From positions 1-34,510 of the forward strand of contig CAVXAT010000021.1 of NCBI GenBank assembly GCA_963759805.1: a stretch of DNA of 34,510 nt, given 5' to 3'. The position numbers and the translations under genes were made by a program. Positions 1 through 9,648 of this stretch are shown piece by piece. Each line of letters begins with the position of its first letter. Position 1 is the first letter of the stretch. This DNA is from an uncultured bacterium. GTDB lineage: Bacteria > Babelota > Babeliae > Babelales > RVW-14. The notes under the pieces are model-generated. The model made no database searches. It had not been told where the DNA came from and saw only the letters and a list, made by a program, of their open reading frames with translations.

Positions 1-2400
1 AACTTTGTGTGAATAATTTTCTTTGTCAGCATTAAAGAACCAGTTGTGAACAGGATCCGGTACCCGCTTGGTTACCATTCCATCCTCAATACGGTCAGTC
101 GCCTCGTGAAGCTTCATCTTCGTATACAAATCCATACCCGGAATCTGGCGAGGTTTCACAATTGTCGGACATAAAAAAATGAATATATACTGTTTGATAA
201 CCTTACGTTGTTGCCATTTGAAGAACCACCCTAAGAGTGGAATATCCCCCAAAATTGGTGTCTTACTTATGCTTTCTGTCACATTTGTTGAGACAAACCC
301 TCCAAGAACCAACACCTGTCCATTTGCAACGGCAACACTGGTTTTTAAATTTCGTTTAGTTTGGGATCCCTGAGTAGGATTTATGAAATCCGCAATTTTC
401 AAATCTATGTCCATACTTACAAGACCATCCAAATTTATCTGTGGGGTAATTGTCAAATCCGTATTTGCATCAATAGGCTCATATCCCGTTAACCCACCGG
501 ACCCCTCAGTCTCCTGTTCTATTCGATACTCCGAACCAAATACAACGTTGGCTGCCGTCTTATTTGCAATTGTCATAAAAGGCTGTGATAAAACAGTTGC
601 ATTTGACAGCGATTTGAGTGCTTGCAAATATCCCCAAATATTCTTAGTTGCCCCAAAGGTTAATGTGGATAAACCTAGTTGGGGAGTAATTTGATTAATC
701 ATATTTCCTAACAAGCTGATAGGATTGGCTGGCGGATTGTATTCAAGTTGTGGTGAATCTGCCGGACCTGCTGATTGAGCATCAATATTTATCCCAAGTG
801 TTCCGTGCTTTTTATTTCTAAGGGCACCACCAATTCCCTTTGTGTCTGTCACATCAATAGTCACAATCATTGACTCAATAGCAACCTGTGGTTGAGGCTT
901 ATCCAAATCTTTAATTGTTTTTTTAAGCAACTTCCAATCAACTTTATCGGTACTTGAAACAATCAACCGATTGCCACCTTTGTCTACCTTAAAATTCATA
1001 CTCTTAAAATACTTAACGCCACCACGAATTGCGCCATACTTACTTGCAGCTTGTCCGGCAACACTATCAGGCGTTGCGGTTACCTCTTTTAAAATATCTG
1101 CAATTTGAGTTGCATCGGTATACTGCAGTTCATAAACGTGCAGCGGAGATTTGGCCTGTTGTAGTTCAATATCAATATGATCAACAACAAACTCTTCAAT
1201 TTTTTTGATTACTTTTGGACTACCCAACAAAATTAAAGCGTTTGTACGCTCCTCGGCAATAACTTTGGTTCCCGGAGGAAAATATGATGTTGTACCTTCA
1301 GCAGTTTTACCAAGCAAGCGCGCTAGCGGGCTTATTTCCGGTTGCTTTATTAAACCGTCAAGAAGATCCTTAACATCTTTGGCATTGGCGGTTTTTAGCT
1401 TAATTACAGTAACAGCCTCTGCCGTTCCCATCTGATCAAGTTCGAGCAGTACTTTTGCGGCAGCTTTAATATTAAGAGATTTATCCGTAATTACAAAACC
1501 GTTTACGTCTTTAACAGGAACTTCCATTCCCTTGTCACTGAGCATGCTTTTCAAAAGCTCTTCCAAATCTCCAACATTCATATTTGTTAGGAACATGACA
1601 TATCGAATATTTATGTCATTATCCGGCAAGGTATCCGGTGAAACGTTTATGTAAGCAGGCAATGGTTGAGTGGTTTTCTGATCTTTAGGAATAACTTTGA
1701 ATAGAAGAGGTTCTTTGTCTAAATCCCCGGGGATTTTTATAATACTAAAACCACCCATCTCCAAGACAGTTAAAAAAACATTCCATGCACCATCAACAGA
1801 AAGAGGCTCACGAATGGTTAATGAGATTTTTACAGACTCAATTGATTTATCAACAACCAAATTCATCTGTCTAAGTTCAGCAATGTAATTTACAAAATTT
1901 GAAAGATCCGCATTATCAAAATTCAGGTAAATATCTTTTTCTTCTTTCGCAGTCTCGAACAAAGTATTAATTGCAGGAGTTGCGTTTATTGCGGAGCCAA
2001 CGCTTGTTGTAGGAGCAGCACTCGATGGCAAAATATTTGCATTAGATGGCGCGTTAGTTGGCAAAAAGTTATTCGGTTCAACAATTTGCTCCGGAATTCC
2101 TGAGGTTGAAGCTGCTGGAGTCGCAGAGGCAAGCTGAGTCACCGGATAAGGCTGAACAGATGGAGCTGTCGCAACTGCTGGAGCGACTGGCGCAGGTTGA
2201 ACTGCAGGAGCCGTCGCAGCAATTTGGGCTATTGGAGCAGGCTGAGGAGCTGGAACCGTCACATCCGTAGCAACAGGTTCCGGCATGGAAGGCGTTTGAT
2301 CAGGCATGCCCTCTGGCATAGGCATGCTTTGAGAATGTACAAATCGCGCAGAAAATAAAAAGAGTAATGCTAACCCCAAAAATTTAACCAATCTTTTCAT
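1..2400 (-). CDS. gspD: Type II secretion system secretin GspD, 3' end beyond the window
   Basis: Manual translation from ATG at 2400: signal peptide MKRLVKFLGLALLFLFSARFVHS, Pro/Ala-rich linker, N0 (IYLNFDNADLSNFVNYIAE), N-domain motifs (AEERTNALILLG, DLDKPQPQVAIES) and secretin signature (GQVLVLGG...KTPILGDIPLLGWFFK). Open to position 1. Follows gspC. Confidence 0.93.
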   Translation of the reverse strand, partial: MKRLVKFLGLALLFLFSARFVHSQSMPMPEGMPDQTPSMPEPVATDVTVPAPQPAPIAQIAATAPAVQPAPVAPAVATAPSVQPYPVTQLASATPAASTSGIPEQIVEPNNFLPTNAPSNANILPSSAAPTTSVGSAINATPAINTLFETAKEEKDIYLNFDNADLSNFVNYIAELRQMNLVVDKSIESVKISLTIREPLSVDGAWNVFLTVLEMGGFSIIKIPGDLDKEPLLFKVIPKDQKTTQPLPAYINVSPDTLPDNDINIRYVMFLTNMNVGDLEELLKSMLSDKGMEVPVKDVNGFVITDKSLNIKAAAKVLLELDQMGTAEAVTVIKLKTANAKDVKDLLDGLIKQPEISPLARLLGKTAEGTTSYFPPGTKVIAEERTNALILLGSPKVIKKIEEFVVDHIDIELQQAKSPLHVYELQYTDATQIADILKEVTATPDSVAGQAASKYGAIRGGVKYFKSMNFKVDKGGNRLIVSSTDKVDWKLLKKTIKDLDKPQPQVAIESMIVTIDVTDTKGIGGALRNKKHGTLGINIDAQSAGPADSPQLEYNPPANPISLLGNMINQITPQLGLSTLTFGATKNIWGYLQALKSLSNATVLSQPFMTIANKTAANVVFGSEYRIEQETEGSGGLTGYEPIDANTDLTITPQINLDGLVSMDIDLKIADFINPTQGSQTKRNLKTSVAVANGQVLVLGGFVSTNVTESISKTPILGDIPLLGWFFKWQQRKVIKQYIFIFLCPTIVKPRQIPGMDLYTKMKLHEATDRIEDGMVTKRVPDPVHNWFFNADKENYSHKV

Positions 2401-2427
2401 AACAATTCCCGATTTGTAGCGCATAAA

Positions 2428-3579
2428 TTACCTTACCCGATTCCTTGCATTCCTTAATTTCTCTCTTAAATTTTCAAGAAACCTTGATCTTAAATCTGTC
2501 ACAGTCCTGTTATCTCTATCGTCCCCACTATGTCGTTTGGCAAATTCTCTGGCATATTTTTCTCTCTCTTGCATTTGATTCAGAGGTAGTGCATCCGTCC
2601 CAGTTTTTGCAAGATCCTTTCCGGCAAGCATAGCCATAGACTTAGAAACGCGAGGAAATTTAGCAAGCTCATAATCAACAGAAACTTGATTACCCGCTCT
2701 AAGCATGTTCACTGTAATTGTGTCACCAACTTTCATTCTCGAAATCGCATCAAAAAGGCGTACCCTATCCTTTACGGCAGCAACACTTATTCCATTAATT
2801 GTTGTAATCACATCATTTTGTAAAAATCCAAGAGGAGCAGCCACATCCCTGTCCTTGGTATCACCAATTTTTACACCGACCGGACTGCCGTTGCTGTATG
2901 CTGTACCAAGAACCCCGACTCTTTCAATAAAAGTACCCAACGAATCCACTTCAAGTTTAAATGCATGCGGGTCAATCCTGTATTTCTGGTCGGTAATTTT
3001 TTTTACTATATTTTCCCACTTATCCGTAGAAGAGGGAAATAATTCATCCTTTATAAGATAAAAAGACTCCTGTTGTCCATTAGCACGTAAAACAACAACC
3101 CTGTTTCTAGATATTTTAATGATTTGAGCATCTTTAATTTTATCGCCAAGATAGTACATTCGTTCTTTGTTAGATTCGTCGGCAATCATGGCCGCACTCT
3201 TTTGCTCATCACCGGTAACAATAATGCCCTTCAACGTGATGGTCAAAGGAGGAACAAATGCCGGTAACTTTGGTTCGGGTGGAAGAATAGCCTGAGCCGG
3301 CTGCAATTCGGGAATAGGAGTAACAAGAGGAACCTTCTCGGGGGGAGGACCCTCTTTTTCGACATAGGTCCCAAAAACATCCTCTCTATAAATTTTTCCC
3401 CAATTTTTTTCGGCAACGACAGGCTTGATCTCTGCCAATTTAGCAATGTCAGCAGTGACAGCCTTGACTTTTACAGCCGGTGGCTCTATTTCTAAAAATC
3501 TGCTAACCAGCAAAGCCAACAAAAACATCAGACCCAAGAAACTATTTATTATCCACAATTGCAGCTTCATTCCTACCAT
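2428..3579 (-). CDS. gspC: Type II secretion protein GspC (TM anchor, HR domain, PDZ domain)
   Basis: N-terminal TM helix; HR-like LKGIIV...YYLGDKI...IIKISRNRVVVLRANGQQE; PDZ-like GVKIG...LGFLQNDVITTINGIS; directly upstream of gspD. Start could be 3570. Confidence 0.85.
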   Translation of the reverse strand: MVGMKLQLWIINSFLGLMFLLALLVSRFLEIEPPAVKVKAVTADIAKLAEIKPVVAEKNWGKIYREDVFGTYVEKEGPPPEKVPLVTPIPELQPAQAILPPEPKLPAFVPPLTITLKGIIVTGDEQKSAAMIADESNKERMYYLGDKIKDAQIIKISRNRVVVLRANGQQESFYLIKDELFPSSTDKWENIVKKITDQKYRIDPHAFKLEVDSLGTFIERVGVLGTAYSNGSPVGVKIGDTKDRDVAAPLGFLQNDVITTINGISVAAVKDRVRLFDAISRMKVGDTITVNMLRAGNQVSVDYELAKFPRVSKSMAMLAGKDLAKTGTDALPLNQMQEREKYAREFAKRHSGDDRDNRTVTDLRSRFLENLREKLRNARNRVR

Positions 3580-3597
3580 TCCTTTTTATAGCTTTTT

Positions 3598-3627
3598 AAG
3601 ATAATTGCCGGATGCATGCAATGTCAA
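3598..3627 (-). promoter_or_regulatory. Putative sigma70 promoter for gspC-gspD
   Basis: Minus strand TTGACA-N18-TATCTT about 20 bp before the gspC start. Confidence 0.55.
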
Positions 3628-3667
3628 GAAAATAATCAGAGATAATTTAATTTTCATTTAATAACGC

Positions 3668-4657
3668 CTATGGCGAAGGAATTACCTGTAAAATTTTATG
3701 TACTATCGTATCCGCAGTAACTTGCTCGGCCTCAGCTTCGTAGGTCAAAATAATTCTATGACGTAAAACATCGCAAGCTATAGCTTTTACATCATCAGGA
3801 GTTACAAAATGCCGTTTTTTAATAAAAGCATGAGCCTTGGATGCATTAGTCAGAGCTAGCGTTGCTCGAGGAGAAGCCCCATATTCTATGAAATTTTGAA
3901 TATCGTCAAGCTTATGCTCCTTAGGATTTCTTGAAGCAAAAACTATATTCAAAATATATTCAATAACTTTATCATCAATATAAATCTGCTCAACAATTTT
4001 TTGCGCTTCGAAAATATCTTCTTTTTCTATAACTTTATGAATTGGTTGTGGTTTGAAAGCTCTATTTATAATTTCTCGCTCTTCAGCCATTGTTGAGTAT
4101 GAAACAATAATCTTAAACATGAAGCGATCAATCTGAGCTTCAGGTAACCGATACGTTCCCTCTTGATCAATTGGGTTTTGAGTTGCAAGAACAAAAAAAG
4201 GTTCCTCAAGCATAAAAGATTTATCACCAATGGTTACCTGATGCTCTTGCATCGCTTCAAGTAATGCTGATTGAACTTTTGCCGGAGCTCGGTTTATCTC
4301 ATCGGCCAAAATAAAATTTGCGAAAATCGGACCTTTTTTCGTCTGAAATTCCTGAGTTTTCGGATTGTAAATCAATGTTCCAACCAAATCCGCAGGAAGA
4401 AGGTCAGGGGTAAATTGAATTCGCTGATAATGCAATCCAACTGCCTGAGCAACTGATTTGATCAACGTTGTTTTGGCAAGTCCCGGAACACCTTCAAGAA
4501 GAATGTGGCCGTTGCACAAAAGACCAATTATGATTCTGTCAACAATAAGATCCTGTCCGACTATTACTTTCTTAACTTCGTTTCGTAACCCTTGCCAGAC
4601 AAGGCTTTTTTCTTTAACAATCTCTGCTATCTGCTGAGTACTCATGGAATCTGCCAT
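3668..4657 (-). CDS. moxR: MoxR-family AAA+ ATPase
   Basis: HILLEGVPGLAKT, RIQFTPDLLPAD, LADEINRAPAKVQSALLEAMQE, ATQNP, LPEAQIDRF, GASPRA. ATG at 4657 has a GGAG RBS, preferred over the TTG at 4669. Confidence 0.95.
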   Translation of the reverse strand: MADSMSTQQIAEIVKEKSLVWQGLRNEVKKVIVGQDLIVDRIIIGLLCNGHILLEGVPGLAKTTLIKSVAQAVGLHYQRIQFTPDLLPADLVGTLIYNPKTQEFQTKKGPIFANFILADEINRAPAKVQSALLEAMQEHQVTIGDKSFMLEEPFFVLATQNPIDQEGTYRLPEAQIDRFMFKIIVSYSTMAEEREIINRAFKPQPIHKVIEKEDIFEAQKIVEQIYIDDKVIEYILNIVFASRNPKEHKLDDIQNFIEYGASPRATLALTNASKAHAFIKKRHFVTPDDVKAIACDVLRHRIILTYEAEAEQVTADTIVHKILQVIPSP

Positions 4658-4909
4658 GGTTAGCTCCAAAATTTACAAATTAATTAAATAAAGAAACAAC
4701 TGGCAGTTTAGAATTTAATAGATTGAGGTCTGAATGTAAATATTAATTTAAAATTAACATCTTTTGTCTAAATTTTTTTCTCTAAAAATAAAAGTTGTAC
4801 GTTTAATTTGTGGAAATTATTGACAATAGATAAAAATTACTGCAAATATTACGAATATTTAGTATTATAACAAATTGTATATTTTTTAATGAACCCCTGT
4901 AAGGACGTT

Positions 4910-5380
4910 ATGAAAAATTTAACATTTATTATGATTTTATTTATATTTTTTGAATCGGCTTCTTGCGCAATCAAATCTCCCGAAATAAACCCCAAAGAAA
5001 TTATTGAAATGTTGAAGAATGATATTGACACCAATGATATTTTAAATTGTTACGCCTCTTCCATGAAGGGGTATTGCGTGCAAATAAATTCTGGAGATAT
5101 TGAACTAAGTAAATTCATCGCATTCATTGCAAAAGTAATAACTTTAAATTTAAAGGGTGAAACAACTTGGAAATTAGTTGCAGATGATACAACCGAAAAC
5201 ACAAAAATTTACATATCCCAACCAAAATTTTTAACTGTTTGCGAAATTTGGGGAATTTTTATGGACTTTCTTAAAACAAATGGGTTTATTATTGACAGAA
5301 AAGGCATTATCTGGAAAGTTAGGCAAGAGTACCCAACCAATGCGTTACAAATGTTACCATTTACAGAAGAAGATCGGTAA
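4910..5380 (+). CDS. Exported small protein resembling a secretin N0 domain
   Basis: AAGGA RBS before ATG 4910; signal-like N-terminus; by-eye similarity to the N0 domain of the GspD in this window. Confidence 0.6.
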   Translation: MKNLTFIMILFIFFESASCAIKSPEINPKEIIEMLKNDIDTNDILNCYASSMKGYCVQINSGDIELSKFIAFIAKVITLNLKGETTWKLVADDTTENTKIYISQPKFLTVCEIWGIFMDFLKTNGFIIDRKGIIWKVRQEYPTNALQMLPFTEEDR

Positions 5381-5395
5381 CTTATGCTTAGAAAA

Positions 5396-6724
5396 TTAAT
5401 CCGTATTTAAGCTTTTTAAACTTATATTCAATTTAGAAACTTTATCAGATAAAGAAGCAATGCTTAAATTTAATCTTTCTGACGTCTGCTGCAAGTCAAA
5501 ATTGCTTTTACGTAAAACATATAAAAGATATTTTTTTTCAAAACTTTTAGTTGCCTCTTCAAATGAATTGAAGCTCAGAAAAGACTGTTCTTCGACAAAT
5601 TCAACGCTACGCTCTTCAACCAAATGTTCTAACGTACGCATTGAAACATTCAAGTTTTTATTTTCTGCGAGAATAACAGTTTTTTCAATTAAATCTCTGA
5701 TTTGAGAAATGTTACCAACCCAGTAACGATTTCGTAGATATCTAACACATGGTGCATCAAGCGTAATACTTTTGTTATAAACCTGATTAAACTTCTTCAA
5801 CCAGTGATCTAAAAGTAGTGGAATATCATATCTACGTTTATTTATCGACGGAACTTCAACTGGAGTTATATTCAACTTATAAAACAATTTGCTATTGAAT
5901 TTATCTTCTCGAACCAAATTAAATAATGATCTGGTGCTTGTTACGATAATTTTTACAAGACCAGCATTATTTTTTAAAATATACTCATCACTTTGCAGAT
6001 AATTCAAAAATTTCTTTTGCTCATCAGGCGAAAGCCTATCAATGTTTTTAATTAAAACAGTGCCATCTAAACCAAAGATACTTGAATTAAGATCAACATT
6101 AGACAAGCAGTCAATAGCAGTAAAAGCTCTGTCTTTAATCTGAAAGCCCAACGGATTATAATTTAGATGTACAAATCTGGCCATCAGAGTCTTACCCGTG
6201 CCATGCTCACCATAAATAAGTAATGGCAATTTAACACTGGCGATGCTTTTAATTTGCGTCAGTAATTCCAAAAACAAAAAACTTTCCCCAATTATCTCTA
6301 ATTTTTTGATTTCTTCCACAATTACCGAATTAATATTATTTTGTTTTGATCTCTTTGAATTCTCTTTTAAAAATGAAATTTTCGAAAAAATATCATCAAG
6401 ATTAAATGGCTTTTCAATAAAATCCATTGCTCCATTTTTAACTGCATCAACGGCTAACGGAATGTTCCCAAAGCCCGAAATTACCATAACCTTTTGGGAG
6501 GGATACTCTCTTTTAATTTTGACAAGCAGCTCCAAACCATTGCAGTTCGGCATAAAAATATCAAGAAAAACAAGATCCGGAACTAATTCTCCGATAAGAC
6601 TCAGCGCCTTATTTCCATCTGAAAGCACCTGCACTCTAAAACCTTCATCCAACATTGACTCTTTTAAAGTTTGTAAGATTGCAACTTCATCATCCACAAT
6701 CAAAATAAGAGGAGAATAGTTCAT
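5396..6724 (-). CDS. NtrC/NtrX-family response regulator (receiver, degenerate AAA+, Fis-like HTH)
   Basis: Receiver LIVDDE...LDIFMP...ISGFG...FIEKPF; Walker A GEHGTGKT; no GAFTGA; C-terminal helical HTH-like region. Confidence 0.88.
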   Translation of the reverse strand: MNYSPLILIVDDEVAILQTLKESMLDEGFRVQVLSDGNKALSLIGELVPDLVFLDIFMPNCNGLELLVKIKREYPSQKVMVISGFGNIPLAVDAVKNGAMDFIEKPFNLDDIFSKISFLKENSKRSKQNNINSVIVEEIKKLEIIGESFLFLELLTQIKSIASVKLPLLIYGEHGTGKTLMARFVHLNYNPLGFQIKDRAFTAIDCLSNVDLNSSIFGLDGTVLIKNIDRLSPDEQKKFLNYLQSDEYILKNNAGLVKIIVTSTRSLFNLVREDKFNSKLFYKLNITPVEVPSINKRRYDIPLLLDHWLKKFNQVYNKSITLDAPCVRYLRNRYWVGNISQIRDLIEKTVILAENKNLNVSMRTLEHLVEERSVEFVEEQSFLSFNSFEEATKSFEKKYLLYVLRKSNFDLQQTSERLNLSIASLSDKVSKLNISLKSLNTD

Positions 6725-6773
6725 AGCCGTATTTTTGCCCTATTTTTTTAATAAATCTCTTCTAAAACTCGCA

Positions 6774-6903
6774 TCCTTCGACAGGCTCAGGACGAGCGCC
6801 ATCGAGTGGTGCGCTCCCAGCCGTCGCCAAAGGCTATGGCGGGCAAGCCGTGGTGCTTGTGCGCCGTAGCAAAAAATGCGAAGGCACAAGCTTGTCGAAC
6901 CAT
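6774..6903. repeat. Composite nested REP-like palindromic element
   Basis: GC-rich patch in an AT-rich spacer; outer arms TTCGACAGGCT (6777-6787) and AGCTTGTCGAA (6889-6899); inner stems GAGCGC..GCGCTC, CCGTCGCCAAAGGCTATGGCGG and CTTGTGC..GCACAAG. Confidence 0.7.
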
Positions 6904-6923
6904 CACCATTGGTGACGCGCCAA

Positions 6924-7682
6924 TTACTCTTTTACAAATCCTATCTGTTCTATTGGACCTTCGGTTAACCCCCTAATAAATTGGTATATATATGGATTTT
7001 TACAATCCCATATCTCTTTTGTAGGCCCTTTGTACACAATCTTGCCATGATGCAACATGGCAACCTGCGAGGCATAATTAAAGATATCAATATCATGCGA
7101 GATAACAATTGTCGTTGGTTTTTGTTCTATGTGAGTTTTTTTAATCAATTCATGGATTAGGCGAACTGTTATTGGGTCAAGTCCGGTGGTTGGTTCATCG
7201 TAAATCAATATTTTTGGACTCAGCATCAAGGTACGGGCCAACCCAACACGTTTTTTCATACCCCCGGAGAGCTCGTTCGGAAAGCGATCCAAGATACTTT
7301 CATCAAGTCCAACACTGCGTAACTTTTCAATAACAAGCGGTTTAACCCTTTCCTCAGGCCAATCATCTTCAATAAGCGTTATGCCAACATTTTCAAGCAC
7401 ATTTAACGAATCCAACAGTGCGGCAAACTGAAACACATATCCACATTTCTTGAAAATTGGTTCTAATTCACGTTTTGACAACTTTGTAATATCTTGACCA
7501 TCAATAATTACGCTGCCACTAGTCGGATGAATTAATCCAATAATCTGTTTTAAAAGAACAGATTTGCCCTCTCCGGATCTACCGATTATGGCAAGAAATT
7601 CCCCGTCGCCAACCGTAAGATCTAAGTTGTTTGTTACAACTCTGCCGTCAAAGGATTTGGTTAAATTTTTTAATTCTATCAT
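6924..7682 (-). CDS. mlaF: MlaF-type ABC transporter ATP-binding protein
   Basis: GRSGEGKS, FQFAALLDSLNV, LSGGMKKRVGLAR, YDEPTTGLDP, ISHD; overlaps the mlaE stop. Confidence 0.9.
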   Translation of the reverse strand: MIELKNLTKSFDGRVVTNNLDLTVGDGEFLAIIGRSGEGKSVLLKQIIGLIHPTSGSVIIDGQDITKLSKRELEPIFKKCGYVFQFAALLDSLNVLENVGITLIEDDWPEERVKPLVIEKLRSVGLDESILDRFPNELSGGMKKRVGLARTLMLSPKILIYDEPTTGLDPITVRLIHELIKKTHIEQKPTTIVISHDIDIFNYASQVAMLHHGKIVYKGPTKEIWDCKNPYIYQFIRGLTEGPIEQIGFVKE

Positions 7683-8458
7683 TTTGTAAACATTAAAGCA
7701 GTTAATATATAGTCAGCTACGACAACTGTTAAAATTGAGTATACCACACTTTGCGTAATTGCAATGCCAACGCCCCTGGCGCCACCTTTGGCATAAAAAC
7801 CTTTGTATGTAGTGATAACTGTAAGCAAAAAACCAAACACTATGGCTTTAATCAAGCCATTGATGATATCTGAGAGTTCAACATTTTCGATAATTGCTTG
7901 GGTATAAACCTGTGAATTAATTCCAAGAACATAGACGGAAACCACATAACCGGCTGCTACACCAAATAATGTACAGAAAATTGAAAGGAAAGGCATGATG
8001 AATGTTGCTGCAATAAGCCTGGGAACAACCAAGTACTCCTTTGTATCAATACACAAAGTTTGCAACGCATCAATCTGTTCAGTAATGCGCATGGTTCCTA
8101 ACTCCGATGTAATTGCGGATCCGGCTCGACCGATTACCATGATTGCCGCAAAAACAGGCCCAAATTCACGCGTCATTGCTATGTACACAATTGGACCAAT
8201 AAATTGGCTCGCTCCAAAACGCTCAAGTCCGATATAACTCTGCATGGCAAGAGCCGCGCCAACTGTTATACCGACAAGCATTACAACTCCAAGTGAGTTC
8301 ACACCTATATAATTCATGTGGTAAAAAACTCTTCTGATCTTGAGCTTTTGGCTAAACATGGACTCGAGTGTCTCATAAACAAACAGACCCAGGTCCCCCA
8401 AGGTTTGGCAAAGCTCAATTGTCTTTTTACCCAGGACATCAATAAGATTGATCCCCAC
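7679..8458 (-). CDS. mlaE: MlaE-type ABC permease
   Basis: REFGPV..IGRAGSAITSELGTMRITEQIDAL..VVPR; GGARGVG; multiple TM helices. GTG start. Confidence 0.93.
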   Translation of the reverse strand: MGINLIDVLGKKTIELCQTLGDLGLFVYETLESMFSQKLKIRRVFYHMNYIGVNSLGVVMLVGITVGAALAMQSYIGLERFGASQFIGPIVYIAMTREFGPVFAAIMVIGRAGSAITSELGTMRITEQIDALQTLCIDTKEYLVVPRLIAATFIMPFLSIFCTLFGVAAGYVVSVYVLGINSQVYTQAIIENVELSDIINGLIKAIVFGFLLTVITTYKGFYAKGGARGVGIAITQSVVYSILTVVVADYILTALMFTK

Positions 8459-8483
8459 TATCTTGTCCTTTTAATTTTTCAGA

Positions 8484-8820
8484 TTAATCTTCGTCGGTCT
8501 GTCCGGCAGGGACTGGCTCTACTGGAACTGGTGCCTGCCTTGGCGCTACGGGAGCACTGGTTTTAAAATCCGCAAGGCTTGAGTGTTGCTTCTCCTTTGA
8601 TTTAATCAAGGAAAGACCAAGCGCACCCAAAATAAATAATGCCGCCATTACCCAAGTAATCTTTTCAAAAAAGCTACGACCCTCCGGAACCACCAAATAA
8701 AATCTGTGAGCCACTCCCAATACTTCCCAAACCCATATCCCCTTTGCCGGGTTGAATCAATATGATAATAGCAAGTAAGGCAGAAAGAATTACAAAAAGA
8801 ACCATCAAGAATGTAAACAT
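8484..8820 (-). pseudogene. secG: Preprotein translocase SecG with a +1 frameshift (possibly sequencing error)
   Basis: ATG 8820 gives MFTFLMVLFVILSALLAIIILIQPGKGDMGLGSIGSGSQILFGGSG; removing one base from the C run at 8680-8682 continues GRSFFEKITWVMAALF to the stop at 8484. Classic tpiA-secG order. Confidence 0.88.
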
Positions 8821-8862
8821 CTTCTCTCTCTTCGAAATGTTAAAGGTTAAACGTAATTATTT

Positions 8863-9648
8863 TTAATTATTATCCCCAAGAATAGTCGATTTTACGATTT
8901 TTTCAAATACTTCAAAGTTTGTACTCATTTTCCCTATTAAAAAGCCATTTATATAAGATATTTTACCAATTTTTTCTGCATTTTGAACATCAACACTACC
9001 TCCATACAACAGTTGCCAATTTGGCATAGGACAATGTTTTTGTATTTGAGCATTAATCCAAGCAAAAACCGCCTCAAGCTTATCGATGGGAGGCATTGTC
9101 CCGGACCCAATGCACCACTCCGGCTCGTATGCAATATAAACTGGCCGCCCGTTCAATTTTTTTGTCTCATACTGTGCAATTTCAATTACCCTTTTTAATT
9201 GGATTTCAAGAACTTGCAGTGTTCTGCCGGCTTTATAATCAACCTCTGATTCACCAACACACAAAATTGGAGAAATCCCTTCGTCAATTAACATATCAAT
9301 TTTTTTTGCAATCATTTCATCTGTTTCGCTCTTGTACCTGCGAATTTCGCTGTGTCCAATAATACAGGCTTTGCACCCTACCTGATTCAAGGTTTTTGCA
9401 CAAACCTGCCCGGTAAAAGAACCTGATGCATGATCAGAACAGTTTTGTGCACCAATTTGCACTTTTGTTTGCTCAAAAAATTGTGTCAATGGGTAAAGCA
9501 TTGGAAATGATGTACATAAAATAATGGAAGTGTTTGGTAAATCTGCCAATGAGATAATTTTGTCTAAATTTTTAGTAGCATAATTCATTGATTCACTAAA
9601 ATCGAAATACATTTTCCAATTTGCAATGAACGTGTAGCGCCTCTTCAT
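8863..9648 (-). CDS. tpiA: Triosephosphate isomerase
   Basis: ANWKM, GAQN, GSFTG, GHSE.R, AYEP.W.IG.G, LYGGSV. Confidence 0.95.
   Translation of the reverse strand: MKRRYTFIANWKMYFDFSESMNYATKNLDKIISLADLPNTSIILCTSFPMLYPLTQFFEQTKVQIGAQNCSDHASGSFTGQVCAKTLNQVGCKACIIGHSEIRRYKSETDEMIAKKIDMLIDEGISPILCVGESEVDYKAGRTLQVLEIQLKRVIEIAQYETKKLNGRPVYIAYEPEWCIGSGTMPPIDKLEAVFAWINAQIQKHCPMPNWQLLYGGSVDVQNAEKIGKISYINGFLIGKMSTNFEVFEKIVKSTILGDNN

Noticed and set aside
179..2270. Short plus-strand ORFs (179, 383, 1205, 1697, 2058)
   Set aside because: Antisense shadows of the minus-strand gspD frame.
4820..4849. TTGACA promoter for the 4910 gene
   Set aside because: No convincing -10 at 16-18 bp in very AT-rich sequence.
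8484..8720. 78-aa ORF as an independent gene
   Set aside because: It is the out-of-frame 3' half of secG.
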